Positions 1 through 12,981 of a stretch of 64,000 nt of DNA are shown one piece after another. The notes beneath the pieces were generated by a model, which searched no databases, was not told where the DNA came from, and saw nothing but the letters and a program-made list of their open reading frames with translations. The stretch spans positions 61,132,001-61,196,000 of the forward strand of contig NC_042997.1 of assembly GCF_006345805.1 (NCBI RefSeq), written 5' to 3'. A program made the translations under genes and the position numbers. This DNA is from Octopus sinensis. Taxonomy: Eukaryota. Numbering within the stretch: position 1 is the stretch's first letter; each line of letters begins with the position of its first letter.

Positions 1-432
1 TGATACCTTAAAGTAAGTATATGTATTCCTCTTTAACATATGACAAGCATATAAATATAAGTATGTATGTATGAATGTATGTATGTATGTATGCATGTAT
101 GTATGTAGTGTAGTGTAGTGCAGTACAGTGCAGTGCAATGCAGTGTAAAGCCAAAAGTTTTGCAATATTTTGGTAACTTATTTACTTTATTTGTCAAACG
201 TTACAGCAAAAATAGGCTCACATTCAAAGTAGAGGCTATTGTGTTGCACCATCAAAAGCCACCTTTCTGCCAGTTCTTTGAACCCACACTGCTATTAGTT
301 CTTGTCCTCTGAGGTAAAGAATTCCTTCACTGAAACTTCTACTCCCACCTCTTCTTGGTTGATGAAGCATTATGAGACCAGGTAATAAGCCATAAGTGTG
401 TGTATGTGTGTATATATATACATATATATATT

Positions 433-810
433 GTAGTACTCCATTGGTTACAAGGAGGGTTCCAGTTGATCTGATCAACAGAACAGCCTGCTCATGAAAT
501 TAACTTGCAAGTGGCTGAGCACTCCACAGACACATGTACCCTTAATGTAGTTCTTGGAGAAATTCAGCATGACACAGAATGTGACAAGGCTGGCCCTTTG
601 AAATACAGATACAACAGAAACAGGAAGAAAGATTGAGAGAAAGTTGTGGTGAAAGAGTACAGCAGGGTTCGCCACCACCCCCTGGTGGAGCCTCGTGGAG
701 CTTTAAGTGTTTCTGCTCAATAAACATTCACAACACCTGGTCTGGGAATTGAAACCGCGATTCTACAACCACGAGTCCGCTGCCCTAACCACTGGGCCAT
801 TGTGCCTCCG
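433..810 (-). mobile_element. tRNA-derived SINE (family C)
   Basis: Minus strand starts with a tRNA-like head (TGGCCCAGTGGTTAGGGCAGCGG...GGTTTCAATTCCC, A/B-box-like). Flanked by (CA)/(TA) microsatellites. A decayed copy of the body lies near 50970-51090. Confidence 0.75.
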
Positions 811-825
811 CACACACACACACAC

Positions 826-859
<34 letters not shown>

Positions 860-1364
860 TTGTATATGTGTATATATATATATATACACACACACAAACG
901 CACACACACACACACATACACACCATACAAATAGATGTCATCATCATATTATGTCCATATTACTATTCGTGTGTGGTTTGAACAAATTTTGCTCTTCACA
1001 AAGTCATGGTACTTACTAAAAATAAGCATTTTCTGTGTAATGTAAAGTTCTTATTTTTACTTTCTCTATGAGCTCATTGCATCTAATTTTCTTAGTGACC
1101 ATCAGACCACTGAGAGAAGAACCCTGTAAAAAATGTTGGCATGCTCTTGACAGTTGAATGCCAGGTGTAAGCCTTTTTTTTTTTGCTGTTGTCCCACTAA
1201 GTTCTCAGTAGTTACTTGTCCAGGGTACCCTGTTAATTCTATAAATTGGTCCATCAGTTTAATGCTTCTGTTGTTATTCTTTTTAAAGATTCCCCATTGC
1301 TCTTGTAGCAATGATACTATGAGATATACATATACACACACATATATGTTTATATGTATACATA

Positions 1365-2624
1365 CAGAGGTTGGACAAAATAATGGAAACACCTAGCATC
1401 ATAAGTTTGAAATAGCTATAAAACCATCAAAAGCTTGTTAATTTTAATGTTTTTTTTATTTATTACTAGTGTTGCTTAATATGTTTTGCTACAATTGCTT
1501 TTCTTTTCAGATATCACCAGAAAAAGGTAATTCAAATTCATTAAAATGACAGATCTGTCAGACTTTCAAAGAGGTCAAATTGTTGGTGCTCGTATGGCAG
1601 GTGCTAGCGTAATGAAAATAGCCAAAATGTTTGGTGTATCAAGAAGTACTGTCTTGAAAATAATGACAGCCTTTGAAAAAGAGGGAAAAACCTCATCATT
1701 GAAACAAAACTTTTGAAGAAAACCAAAACTTTCAGATGGGGACCATCGAACTCTTACGCAAATTGTTAGAAAGAATCACAAAAGTACAGTTCACAAAATT
1801 ACTGCAGAGCTTAATGACCTCCTCAAGAACCCAGTTTCCACAAAAACTGTTTGCCGGGAGCTGCACAAAGCTAGATTTCATGGGAGGGCTGCAATCAGAA
1901 AACCACTACTTTCAAAAACAAACGTTGCAAAGTGTTTAGAGTGGAGTAAAAACCTACAGAATTGGTCCCTAGCACGGTGGAAGAATGTTAATTTCTTGGA
2001 CGAGTCATCCTTTACCCTATTTCCGACTATCAGCTGAGTATACGTGTAGAGACAATCAAAAGACGCATTTGACCCAGACTGCCTTCTTCCAACTGTTAAA
2101 CATGGAGGATTTGTGACGATCTGGGGGGGGGGCTATATCTTGGAAATCCGGCGGCCCAATGGTTTCCCTTCATGGTAGAATTAATAGTCAAGTCTATTTA
2201 AGCATTTTATCTGATCAAATTCATCCTATGGTTGCGGAACTGTTTCTGGAGGGAAATGCAATCCTTCAGGATGATAATGTACCGATTCACACAGCTAAAG
2301 TTGCTACTGAATGGCACGAGGAACATTTTAGTGGCGTTGAACATCTTATCTGGCCACCACAGCCCCCAGATCTCAATATTATTGAACATTTATGGTGCAT
2401 TTTAGAAATACAAGTAAGGAGTTATCCTCCATCATCACTACAAGAACTAGAGACTGTTTTAGCTGAAGAATGGACAAAAATTCCTTTGGAAACAATTCAA
2501 ACTTTGTATGAGTCCATACCTCATAGAATTCAAGCTGTAATTACTGCCAAAGGTGGTCCTACCCCATATTCAAATAAATTTATTTGAAATTTTAATGTGT
2601 TTCCATTATTTTGTCCAACCCCTG
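1365..2624 (+). mobile_element. Tc1-family DNA transposon (DD34E), full length, degenerate
   Basis: TIRs CAGAGGTTGGACAAAATAATGGAAACAC / GTGTTTCCATTATTTTGTCCAACCCCTG, flanked by TA, inserted in a (TA/CA) microsatellite. Confidence 0.95.
1546..2587 (+). pseudogene. Tc1 transposase pseudogene
   Basis: MTDLSDFQRGQIVG...VSRSTV HTH region and motifs FLDES, LQDDNVPIH, PDLNIIEHLW. Contains in-frame stops and a frameshift. Confidence 0.93.
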
Positions 2625-2656
2625 TATATGCATATGCATGTAAATATATGTATATA

Positions 2657-2703
<47 letters not shown>

Positions 2704-3254
2704 ATGTGTGTGTGTGTGTATATGTAAATGTATATATATGTATGTATATATGTATGTAACTCTGCACACACACATCAAGATATTGACAATGATACCACTT
2801 TACCAGTTGCTTAGGACATCTCACTTATGCATAAACATACAAACCTGTATTTTAATTGCTTTGTATACATTTCACAGCAAGATTAAACAGTATATTTACT
2901 GAAAGTACATACTTTACGTTTCCACTTATCTTGAACCATTGCGTAGTACTCTTATTATCTAATATGTATGTATATGCTACCATAACCACCAACACTACTG
3001 TCACCACCATCTCCTCCTCTCCCTGCTCATCCTCAACCTCCTCCTCCTCCTCCTCATCATCATCATCATCATTATCATCATCCTCATGACCATCAGTAAT
3101 TTACATTTACTCTGCTATGACAGCATATGTTGGTTGAGTTTTTGAAACTGTTTTACAGTCAAACACCTTCCCTGTTGCCCAGCAATTCAAATGCCTCTTA
3201 TAACATATAGAGACATGGTGTTCCTGTTCTAAAACTTGATCCCTTACAGTATAA

Positions 3255-3289
<35 letters not shown>

Positions 3290-3311
3290 TATACATATGT
3301 AAGTATTCATG

Positions 3312-3685
3312 TGAAGTCACATGACTCAGTGGTTATAGTGTTGGACTTATAATTGTGAGGCTGTGAGTTCAATTCCTGAACTGGGCTGTCTGTTGTGTTT
3401 GTTCTTTGAAGATACTAGCAGTATTATCCTTGCAGACGAGAGAGACACTTTATTTCACAATGCTCCTGTTCAGTCAGTTGTAGAAATCACTTATGACACC
3501 ATGTGTGCCAAGCTGTATTAGCATTTGTCTTTCCCTTGGACAACATTGGTGGTGTGCAGAGGGAAGATTGATATGCATGGGCGACTGCTGGTCTTCCACA
3601 AAAAAACAACCTTGCCCAGACTTTTGCTTCAGAGGGGAACTTTCTATGTGCAATCCCATGGCCACTCATGACCAAAGGGGCATTT
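3312..3685 (+). mobile_element. tRNA-derived SINE, decayed
   Basis: tRNA-like head (CTCAGTGGTTATAGTGTTGG...GAGTTCAATTCC) followed by a non-coding body. Confidence 0.55.
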
Positions 3686-3689
3686 AACC

Positions 3690-4150
3690 CTTTATGCTTC
3701 TGTACAGGAGTCGAAGATGGTGCCAATAGATGACCCATAACTATGAGTCATACAAGAAGGTAGTCTGAATGATGGCTCTGTATACAATGATCTTGGTCTT
3801 TTTCTTCGGATGTTTATTATTCCAGACCCTTTTGTGCAACTTACTGAATGCACAGTTTGCCTTGGCCAGTCTATTTTGGCAGTTGATGATATGGTGGTCT
3901 GTTCTTGTTACTGATCATGAAGTCTGGCCTCTCACTGTCTACCAAACATAAACCTCCTTTGAAAATACTCACAGGACTATCCTTGCAGACAAGAGAGAGA
4001 GGAGGAAAAACAGGGACACTACAATCAGCCTTTATCAGCCTACTTTCCCATGTGGTCTCTATGGTCATGCCTGTTTGTTACCAAATTGGACTCTTTAGGC
4101 ATTAGCAAGCTTATAGCAGATGTAGATGGCTCCCTCTGTAAAACTTCATT
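3690..4150 (-). mobile_element. RTE-clade LINE fragment (RT C-terminal region)
   Basis: Minus-strand translation NRLAKANCAFSKLHKRVWNNKHPKKKTKIIVYRAIIQTTFLYDS*LW matches the typical RTE pattern RIAKA..AF..L..RVW...TK..VYRA....LLYG.E.W. Confidence 0.8.
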
Positions 4151-4207
4151 CACAAAGATGTATGTATGTACATGTATATATGTGTATATATATATGCATG
4201 TGTATAT

Positions 4208-4525
4208 CATCATTATCATTATCATCGTCGTTTAACATCTACCTTTCATGCTGGCATGAGTTGGATGGTTTGACTGAGGGCTGGTGAGCCAGAAGGCTGC
4301 ACCAGGCCCCATATCTGATCTGGCGAAGTTTCTACACCTGGATGCCTTTCCTAACGTCAACCACTCCAAGAGAGTAGTGGGTGCTTTTACATGCCACTGG
4401 CATTAGGGCGAGTCAGGCAGTACTGGCATTGGCCATGCTCAAATGGTGCTTCATACATGCCACCTGTACAGGAGCTAGTCTGGCGGCAATGACAACGACC
4501 ATGCTCGAAAAATATGGAACGCATC
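4208..4525 (-). mobile_element. SINE with RTE-like 3' tail (family D)
   Basis: (CAT)n tail then CATGCTGGCATGAGTTGGA and GGATGCC, the reverse complement of the copy at 33510-33990. Confidence 0.7.
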
Positions 4526-4554
4526 ACAAATTTGCATATGTGTGTGTGTGTATG

Positions 4555-5024
4555 TTGGGTCATCCCATAAATAATGCAATTTTTTATACATCTTTTAGTT
4601 TTCAAAATTAAGATAAACAAAGTTCTTTTTTAATCTAAAATATACTCTCTTTCATTTTCTACAATGCTCTACCATTTATCTTGCAAGGCCCCTCTTCCAA
4701 AATTCACTTGTCTGTGATGTAAAATACTCCTCCAGTACTGTTTGGACCTCATCTAAAAAATTCATATTTTTTTCTGTCCAAATGAGTTTGAAGATTGCAG
4801 AATAAATGATATTCAGATGGGGCAATGTCCTGTGAATATGGTGGGTAGGGCATTGTTTTCCATTCAAACTTCACCAGCCTTTGGAATGTCATCTTCTCGT
4901 TGTATGTAGCTGAGCATTATCCTGGAGTTACTACCTGCTTTTATAGCAAGTAGTTTATTCCATCCCCCTACAACTTTTAGGTCATGCATTTGAAAAAAAC
5001 TGCATTATTTATGGGATGACCCAA
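4555..5024 (-). mobile_element. Non-autonomous mariner deletion derivative
   Basis: TIRs TTGGGTCATCCCATAAATAATGCA / TGCATTATTTATGGGATGACCCAA. Minus-strand remnant WETMPHPPYSQDIAPSEYHLF matches the mariner YSPDLAPSDYHLF motif. Confidence 0.88.
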
Positions 5025-5487
5025 TATATATATATATATATTTACATATATATAAGTTCAGCAAAAATTTAGATTCAAATGAATATGGTACTTAATTTAG
5101 ATGCACCAGAATTCTGTAAGGTGTTATCCATAAAAATCCGTGGGGTGATTATAATCAAATATATGCATGTAAGTGTGCACACATGTGTGTGTGTTTGAAT
5201 ATGCATGTTCTTATGCATTTCTGCACATGCACAGACTGACAAGTAGACAGACTCCTTTTTCTCAGTTTAGCTACTTTTCTTAACCGACTTTGTATTTGAA
5301 TGTACTAAATCCAATTATTTTCTGAAGAATTATGTCTCTTAAAATAAAAATAAAACAACAAACAAATTCTAAGCATTATTTAAATATAAAAAAACTCCCT
5401 TAAGTTATAGGAGCTTAATAATAGCAACTTTCTACTTTTTTTATCATTCCTAAGAATATTTTATGGATTTATATTATTTTGTTTCAG

Positions 5488-5530
5488 ATATTTTTTTGCA
5501 CTTTAACATATGCTGCTCATACATATATTG
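5488..5530 (+). CDS. Candidate internal exon (IFFCTLTYAAHTYI-G) of a membrane protein, possibly MARVEL/MAL-like
   Basis: Strong acceptor TTATTTTGTTTCAG and donor G|GTAAGA in non-repetitive sequence. Phase-compatible with 13464-13495. Confidence 0.5.
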
Positions 5531-6314
5531 GTAAGAGTAGCAAATGACTCTAAAATAGATGCTGCACTTAATTTACGGTTGGTTAGTTTGTACAATGCTC
5601 CATCAATTTATGCAAATATTCAAATTACAAGAAGCATTTAACTCCTTCAAGCATACCAAAGCAGATGTAGAAAGATATATATCAAAAGTCTAGAAGAATA
5701 ATGTGAATAGATGAAAAATGTATAGAGAATGAGGTGAAGTAATGGTAGAAATTGCACGTAAAACTTGTGAAGAAGTAGTTTAGTTTAGATGTCAGAAGGT
5801 GGAGCCTTATTGATAAAACTGATACAGGATTAAGTTGTATGGAAAAATACTGAATAAATAAACAAGTTCAAATCTTATCAGCACGGACAGATTGGTATTG
5901 AAATAATTATGACAATGACAATAAAGATGAAGATGATCTCGGACTTAGGAAGCAATAGATGTATACACGATTTATTTATCAGAGAAAGTTTGGAAATTCC
6001 CACAGGCTTTTCATGTCCTGTGTTGGGTTATAAGAATATAATAATAACTGTTGTGGTTGCTGGATACTTTGTCTTAAGAAACTGATAATTGGAGAACAAA
6101 CATAGAAGAGAAGAAGAAGGAAGACAACAAAACTCAGCACAAGTAATGCTCTGTGGTTAAGAAGCACTCTTTGCAGCCATGTGGTTTCAGGTTCAGTTCC
6201 AATGTACAGCACCTTTTTCAAGAGAATTGTCTTTCACTATAGCTCTGATCCTGTGAGTAAATTTGGTAGATACAAACTGCATAGAAGTTTGTTGTTTATA
6301 CGTATATATATACA

Positions 6315-7601
6315 CAGGGTGCAATGATTAAATTGTTGCCATTTTATATGTTTAATTTCGTGCATGTGCATTGTTTGTTTTTGATTTTGTTGACTACATA
6401 GTATAGTAGGGTCAGTTGGGCCCTGCCTATGAGAAAAACAGCACCATGATGCAATTCACTCTCCCAGAAATTTGGAAACAATGTGTTGTACTGCTTTGCA
6501 TTTGCACTGGAAGCTCCAATGCAAACATTACAGAGTGTTTGGGTGTCAATCTGAGGACAGTGCAGAGAATTCAGAAAGAGTTGGATGAGTCTAATGGTGA
6601 CTATGAAAGTACGGCAGCTCAGAAAACTCACTCTGATCATTCTAATTAAGAAAAGAACTTCTGAATTTGTTGGTGAGATCCAAACCATGATTGACAATGA
6701 GCCCTCGAAGTCAATCAGATCCATTTCCAGGGACATGGGATTGTCTGACTTTCTTATCAGGCAGATAGTTCAGGAAGACATTCAATATTCCTCGTACAAG
6801 ATGAGAAAGGGTCAATTTTTATCCCAAGCCATTAAGGACATAAAGAAAGACCATACTACAAAGCTTTTGAACAAACTCAAGCATCACCTCCAACAAAACA
6901 TGCTTTGGTTTTTCTCAGACGAGAAAAATTTCTGCCAGGATCAGATGGTGAACACACAGAACAACCATTGGCTTGCCATGTCCCCAAAACATGTACCAAA
7001 AGTGATAAAAATCAAACATCCAGTCAATATCTTAGTGTTTGGAGTAATCACTAATGATAGTGATGTTATGCCTCCATTCATCTTCCCATGTGGCCTCAGA
7101 CTCAACACAGAGGCCTACATCAAGTACCTGGAGGAGGTAGTGCTGCCCTGGGTCAAGAGGGTGGCTGCTGGAAGACCCTATGTCTGGCAACAGGACTCTG
7201 TACCATGCCACACAAGTAGGAGAACCCAGCCATGGCTGTCAGATAATTTCTGTAACCACATTACCCCTAACATCTGGCCACCTAACTCCCTAGACTGCAA
7301 CCTTCTTGATTATTATGTGTGGGGTGCAATTGAGCAAGAGACCAACAAAACTCCTTGTAATACCAAAGATGAACTGAAGGCAAGAGTTATGGTAGCATTC
7401 ACCAACTTAAACAAGGAGACTGTCCAGAAGAGTTGCAGGAGATTCTGAAGTCATCTGGAGGCTGTGGTTCAAGTCATGGGGATTTTATTGAATAAATTTA
7501 CTCTTTAGTATTTAATTTTGGTAAATATATCTATTAAAATGAAATGTCAGTGTTATTTTCATTTTTGTGTAATTCGATGACAATTTATTCACCACAACTT
7601 G
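6315..7601 (+). mobile_element. Tc1/mariner superfamily transposon, DD37D (maT-type)
   Basis: Imperfect TIRs CAGGGTGCAATGATTAAATTGTTG / GACAATTTATTCACCACAACTTG, set in a TA microsatellite. Confidence 0.9.
6446..7448 (+). pseudogene. DD37D transposase pseudogene (frameshifted near 6640)
   Basis: FFSDEKNF...WQQDSVPCH...WPPNSLDCNLLDYYVWG, with 37 residues between the second and third Asp. The N-terminal HTH (VNLRTVQRI) is in another frame. Confidence 0.9.
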
Positions 7602-8725
7602 TATATATACACACATACATATACAAATATATATAGGTAAAAAAAAGATAGTTTCCTTCTTGAGTCATGCTGACTCATAAGGGCCGGTTTCACAGTTTCC
7701 ATGGTGTATATATTTCCCACCTGGATGGGGTGCCAGACTATTGCAGGATTACTCTTTTTTGCCTGTTGAATGGACTGGAGCAAGGTGAAATGAAGTGTTT
7801 TACTCAAGAACCAGTCCAGGAATTGAAGCCACAATCTTATGTTCAACACCCTAACCACTAGGCCACTATGCTCTTCAACAGAAAGGAACACAGAAATAAA
7901 CAGGGAGAGAAAAGAAAAAGAAATCATGGTGATTTTATTCAATAAATTGAATAAATAAATTGTGTGTGTCTTTCTGTGTATGTATGTATACTATATGTAT
8001 ATATATATGTCTATGTATGTGTGTATGTATATAATATGATATATTATTATATATATAGAGAGCAAGAGGTACATGCTCACACATACAATGTGTCCAATTA
8101 ATATAGTAACAAGATTAACATATACAGCAGGATTGATGGTAAGTGCTTTATTAGTACTATACTTATATTGTCTCCAACTTGTACAAACAGTTGGGCATTT
8201 AAGGCTAATCTAACACTTGGAATAGAGTTAAGATATAACAAACATACTTCAAAATAAATGCTTACAAACTAGCAATTTTAATTCAGCAACTTGTATTTGC
8301 TCTGTTGTTCTAACTTTTATGAATGACTGGGCGGGCGTTTAAGGTTAATCCATTATTCGGTACAGTTCCCAGCTCTGACTCACTTTAGATTAAATAAATT
8401 ACAGTAACAAAATTAAATAGTGACAGCAAACAAGCAGACTAAATTCATTTTTGTCAGATGCTCTTAACAGATTTGGCATTTAATTTTTCCATTTTGATAT
8501 GTTAAACTCATCAAACAATAATCTATTGAACTAATTATTATTTTTCTCATTAATAAGTTTGGTTAAATGAATCAAATTATTATTAGTATAGTACAATGAA
8601 TATAATGTTAATTAATACCCCTTAAACTGAATTAGAATTTTGAAACAAATAAGGCACATTAAATTGTGTACATTTTCTACTTCAACATGCTGCTAAGTGA
8701 AACAATATATATATATATATATATG

Positions 8726-8926
8726 TGACTTCGTGAAGACCACTTGCATTTTTTTTCCCTCTGTACTCCCACCTCGGGATCTTTCTTTCTCCTATGTTTC
8801 CGACGAAGAGCTCCGCTCGAAACGTCATATCCTCCTTCTTCCCTTCTTTCCTGAGCGCCCAATAATACTTTATTTGTTCCACATCCTCACGTTGTTGTCT
8901 TTTTGTTTTCTTGTTTGGATTAATTT
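8726..8926 (+). mobile_element. Short element in (TA)n carrying a minimal hammerhead-like motif
   Basis: CCGACGA-A-GAGC(TCC)GCTC-GAAACGTC at 8800-8826. Both ends abut (TA)n. Confidence 0.55.
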
Positions 8927-8965
8927 TATATATATATATTATATATATATATATACACATACATT

Positions 8966-10085
8966 ACATCGTCATCATCAACATCATTTAATGTCCACCT
9001 TCTATGCTAGCATGGGTGGAACAGTTTCACAAGAGCTGTCCAAGCAGAAGCCTGCACCAAACTTCTGTGACTGTTCTGGCAGGATTTCTACAGCTGGAAG
9101 CCCTTCCTAATATCAACCACTTTACAGTGTGCACTGGGTGCTTTTAAGTGGCACCTGCACTGACAGGGTCACCAAGTACTTGCAAGACAAAAAAAAGAAC
9201 TTTCAAGAGGAGAGGAGGCATTGGAGGAGGTGATCTTGTGTCAGATGATGAAAGGTTATAGTGAGACAGAAACAGATGTCTTGCTGTAGAGGAAGTACAA
9301 GGTTACCTGGTTGGAGAGAGAGAGATCAGGAATGAAGACAGAAACAGGTGCACTACCGCAAAAGAAATACATAGTTACCCTACCTGAGGGAAGTGGAGGA
9401 GAAGGAGAGAGAGAGAGAGAGAATGGAAGACAGCAGGATAGAGATGGTGGTAAAATGCCAGGTATACTCACAAGGGACAGGGGATCAGAATATAAATGAG
9501 ATGGTTGAATAAAAGAAGAGAGAGATGTAGATGGTGGCAAGTGCCAGGGCATACTATTGAGTTTTGAATGCCATAATATAAGTGGCAGGATATTGTGAAG
9601 GAAGTGTGATTAAAGAGTGTGAGTAAGTGGCAAAAAACCTGGGTATATATAGAGTCAGGGAGCTACTGGATAGCAATGATACAAAGGAAAAGGGCCGTGA
9701 AGACAGGATTGGGGAGTGAGAGCTAGGCATAGTGTATGAAGGAGGAAATGTGAGAAAGAGAAGAGATGTGGAGATGTAGTTTGGTTTGTTAGTGAAGGGT
9801 AAGGGAAAAGTTTCCTTGTTACATGTGGGTGGAACACACAGGTCAGGGCTAGCAAATAGCAATAATACAGTGAGATAAGGCATGTGGGTAGAACACACAG
9901 GTCTGGGGCAAATGGAGAGCAATGATACAGTGGCACAGGGCCAAGAGGACAGGATTGAGGAGTGGGAGGTAAGCATAGTGCATGAAGTGGAAATGTGAGG
10001 AAGAGATGTAGTTTGGTTTGTTGTGGTAGAGTGTGTGAGAAGTTTTCTTGTTAAGTGTGGGTGAGACACACAGGACTTCTAGAAC
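8966..10085 (-). mobile_element. Family D SINE tail plus long purine-rich extension with an internal diverged duplication
   Basis: (CAT)n tail and ATGCTAGCATGGG. Segment 9669-9843 resembles 9915-10074. A related copy lies near 16350-16700. Confidence 0.55.
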
Positions 10086-10112
10086 TCAGTTTCACTGATG
10101 TGGATGGATTTT

Positions 10113-10149
<37 letters not shown>

Positions 10150-10183
10150 CAGAGAGAGAGAGAGAGAGAGAGTGCAAAGTACA

Positions 10184-10509
10184 ATATTGATAATAAGGAG
10201 AGTGAAGAATTTAAACGTTTAAACTTTATGTTTATTTCCAGTTACTTTTTTCATAATAATTGTCTGACACATGTTTTGATCACATTAACTGCATATTGTT
10301 TGCATATCTATATGCAGTGATTTATGCATTATTACTTATATACCCTGAAAAGATTGTGCTAATAATACATAAATCGCTGCATATAGATATGCAAACAATA
10401 TGCAGTTAGTGTGATTGAAGCACGTGTCGGACAATTATTATGAATAAACTAACTGGAAGTAAACATAAAGTTTGAATGTTCAAATTCTTCACTCTCCTTT
10501 TATCAATAT
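10184..10509. repeat. Long imperfect inverted repeat (about 150-bp arms, 25-nt loop)
   Basis: 10184-10334 is the reverse complement of 10360-10509, e.g. ACTGCATATTGTTTGCATATCTATATGCAG / CTGCATATAGATATGCAAACAATATGCAGT. Confidence 0.95.
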
Positions 10510-10511
10510 CT

Positions 10512-10635
10512 AAAAAGAGAAAATAAGGATATACTACCTGATGTTACATGCTATCCCTCTGAAAACCTGTTGGTTGAAAGGTTTTCAGAGAGATAGCATG
10601 TAACATCAATTGGTATGTCCTTATTTTCTCTTTTT
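10512..10635. repeat. Second inverted repeat (about 57-bp arms)
   Basis: AAAAAGAGAAAATAAGGA...TGATGTTACATGCTATC..CTGAAAACCT / AGGTTTTCAG..GATAGCATGTAACATCA...TCCTTATTTTCTCTTTTT. Confidence 0.93.
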
Positions 10636-10869
10636 CTCTTTTATTTTCTTTTCTTTTTCTTTATTTTTCTGCTCTGATGAAGTTCCACTAATTAAGTTGG
10701 TATAATTATTAACAGTGATAACTATTATTATTGTAATAATTAAGCCTGATTATGCCCAAAATAGCACAAACAGAAACAGTTGTTAGATGAGATATTGCCT
10801 TTTTCTGTAATCAATAAATAATAATTGATGTTTATCAGTTATCAGTTTTATTTCCATTTTCTTATTTTT

Positions 10870-10900
<31 letters not shown>

Positions 10901-11292
10901 AGAATTTCAGTCAAATTAATGCAAGTAGCTTTTTATTTTTTAAGTCTGGCACTTATTCTATCAATCTCTTTTGTTGAACTGCCTAGTTATGGGGACATAA
11001 ACACAGCAACATCAGTTGTCAAGCAATGGTAGTGGGGACAAACATGGACAGAAAGATACACACACAGATAAATATATACATGTAAATATAATATGACAGG
11101 CTTCTTTCAGTTTCTGTCTACCAAATCCACTCACAAGTGGCATTGAATCTGGAACCATGTGATTGAGGTGTGTATGCATACAAATATGCACATACATACA
11201 TATATAAATACATGCATACATACTTACCTACCAACCTACGTACCTACATACAAAAATACATACATACATACATACATACATACATACATACA

Positions 11293-11326
<34 letters not shown>

Positions 11327-11661
11327 CATACATACATACATATCTAGCTGGCATTAGGAAAGACATTCAGGCATTGAAACCATACAGAGCAGACAGTAGA
11401 ACTTGGTACAGTCCTCTGGTTTGTCAGCTCCTGTCAAACTACTCAACATATGGCAGCATGGAAAATAGATATTAAATAATTATGATTATGGTGATGAAGA
11501 TGATGATGATGATGATGATGATATATAAGTGTCTTCAACTATAATCCCGAGCCATAGTGGAAGACAACACTTGCTCAAAGGGCCACACAGGGGACTGAAC
11601 CGCAAACCATGTCCCTGGAAAGCAAACTTCTTAATCACACGGTCATGCCTCTCTCTCTCTT

Positions 11662-11757
<96 letters not shown>

Positions 11758-11773
11758 TCTCTTTCTCTCCCCC

Positions 11774-11828
<55 letters not shown>

Positions 11829-12938
11829 TGTATGTATACTCACACTCACACATATTTTATTATATATATTATATATTTATACCCATTATACACTTGAACA
11901 TATACAACATTATGAAATTGAGTAAATCAAAATGTCTATAGCCATAAATTTCCACAATAAAGCTTACTATATTATGAAATTGACTTTTTTCTAATAATGA
12001 TAAATCATAGGGTACTTTACAAGTATATATTTTTTTTACAGAACTGCAAATATTTTTCCTATAATAACTTATGACTAAAATTATATTGCTCTGCATAGCT
12101 TTTTTTTATTATGATACCTCTGGGCTGTTTAATTTTTTCAAAAGTTCTTCTATACTATGTATGTATATGAAAAGTGGAAACATGATATAATTGAATGGAT
12201 TGCTGGAGGATCAGCAATATTGAGATTGAATTATATTGTAGGCTTATAACACAGAAAACATAAATAAAATTCAATTATATGCATATTACATACATATTAC
12301 AATTTTACATAAATAGCATGAAATGGGGAAAAAAATCTATATAAATCATGCATGTATGTAAAAACAACCTTCCCATATTTCTTTGTGTTTTACTCTCTCT
12401 CTCTCTCTCTCTTTTCCTCTCACTCATTTTCCCTCTTTATACATATGTATGCACATACATATGTGTATATACACATGTGTATATACACATGTGCATGTAC
12501 ACACACACACATATATATACATATGTACATGTAATTTTGCATTCATATATCTATACACACATACACACAGATTCATGCAAGCATGCACAGAAATACATGT
12601 TTATATGTGTTTGTGTGTGTGTGTGCACACGTGTACATGTGTGTGTGCACACGTGTACATGTGTGTGTATGCATGCATGAGTGCATGTGTGTGTGTTATT
12701 TGGTTCCCTGTACATATTTCCAACAAATGTTGGTACCTTGTTGAAATCAATATTTTCATAAGATAGGAATTGGAACACCTGAGGTGCTTTTGGCAACCAG
12801 CTGGTAAGAGTTAAAATTTCACTTATCTGAATTCAATATTTCTCATGCAACATAATTATTGTAGGATTCATGACATTTAGATTCTATAACCAATAATTAA
12901 GGAGATACCAGTGAAGAAGTTGTTGGCCTGGGGTATCT

Positions 12939-12981
12939 TTGACTGAGGAGACACAATAATGTCAAAACACCAGTGTCCCAA
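12939..12981 (+). ncRNA. Degenerate (probably inactive) type I hammerhead ribozyme
   Basis: CTGAGGA-GACA(CAATAA)TGTC-AAAA-CAC(CA)GTG-TC. G12 is replaced by A, a CpG-decay-type change. Confidence 0.5.

Noticed and set aside
707-1019. ORFs rich in HT/CV/YI repeats (also at 2530-2902, 11159-11941, 12348-12796, 17378-17692, 31572-32026 and others)
   Set aside because: These are translations of (CA)n, (TA)n, (CT)n and (CAT)n microsatellites.
9554-10069. 171-aa S/T/L/P-rich minus-strand ORF
   Set aside because: Lies in a pyrimidine-rich, internally duplicated repeat element and has no domain signature.
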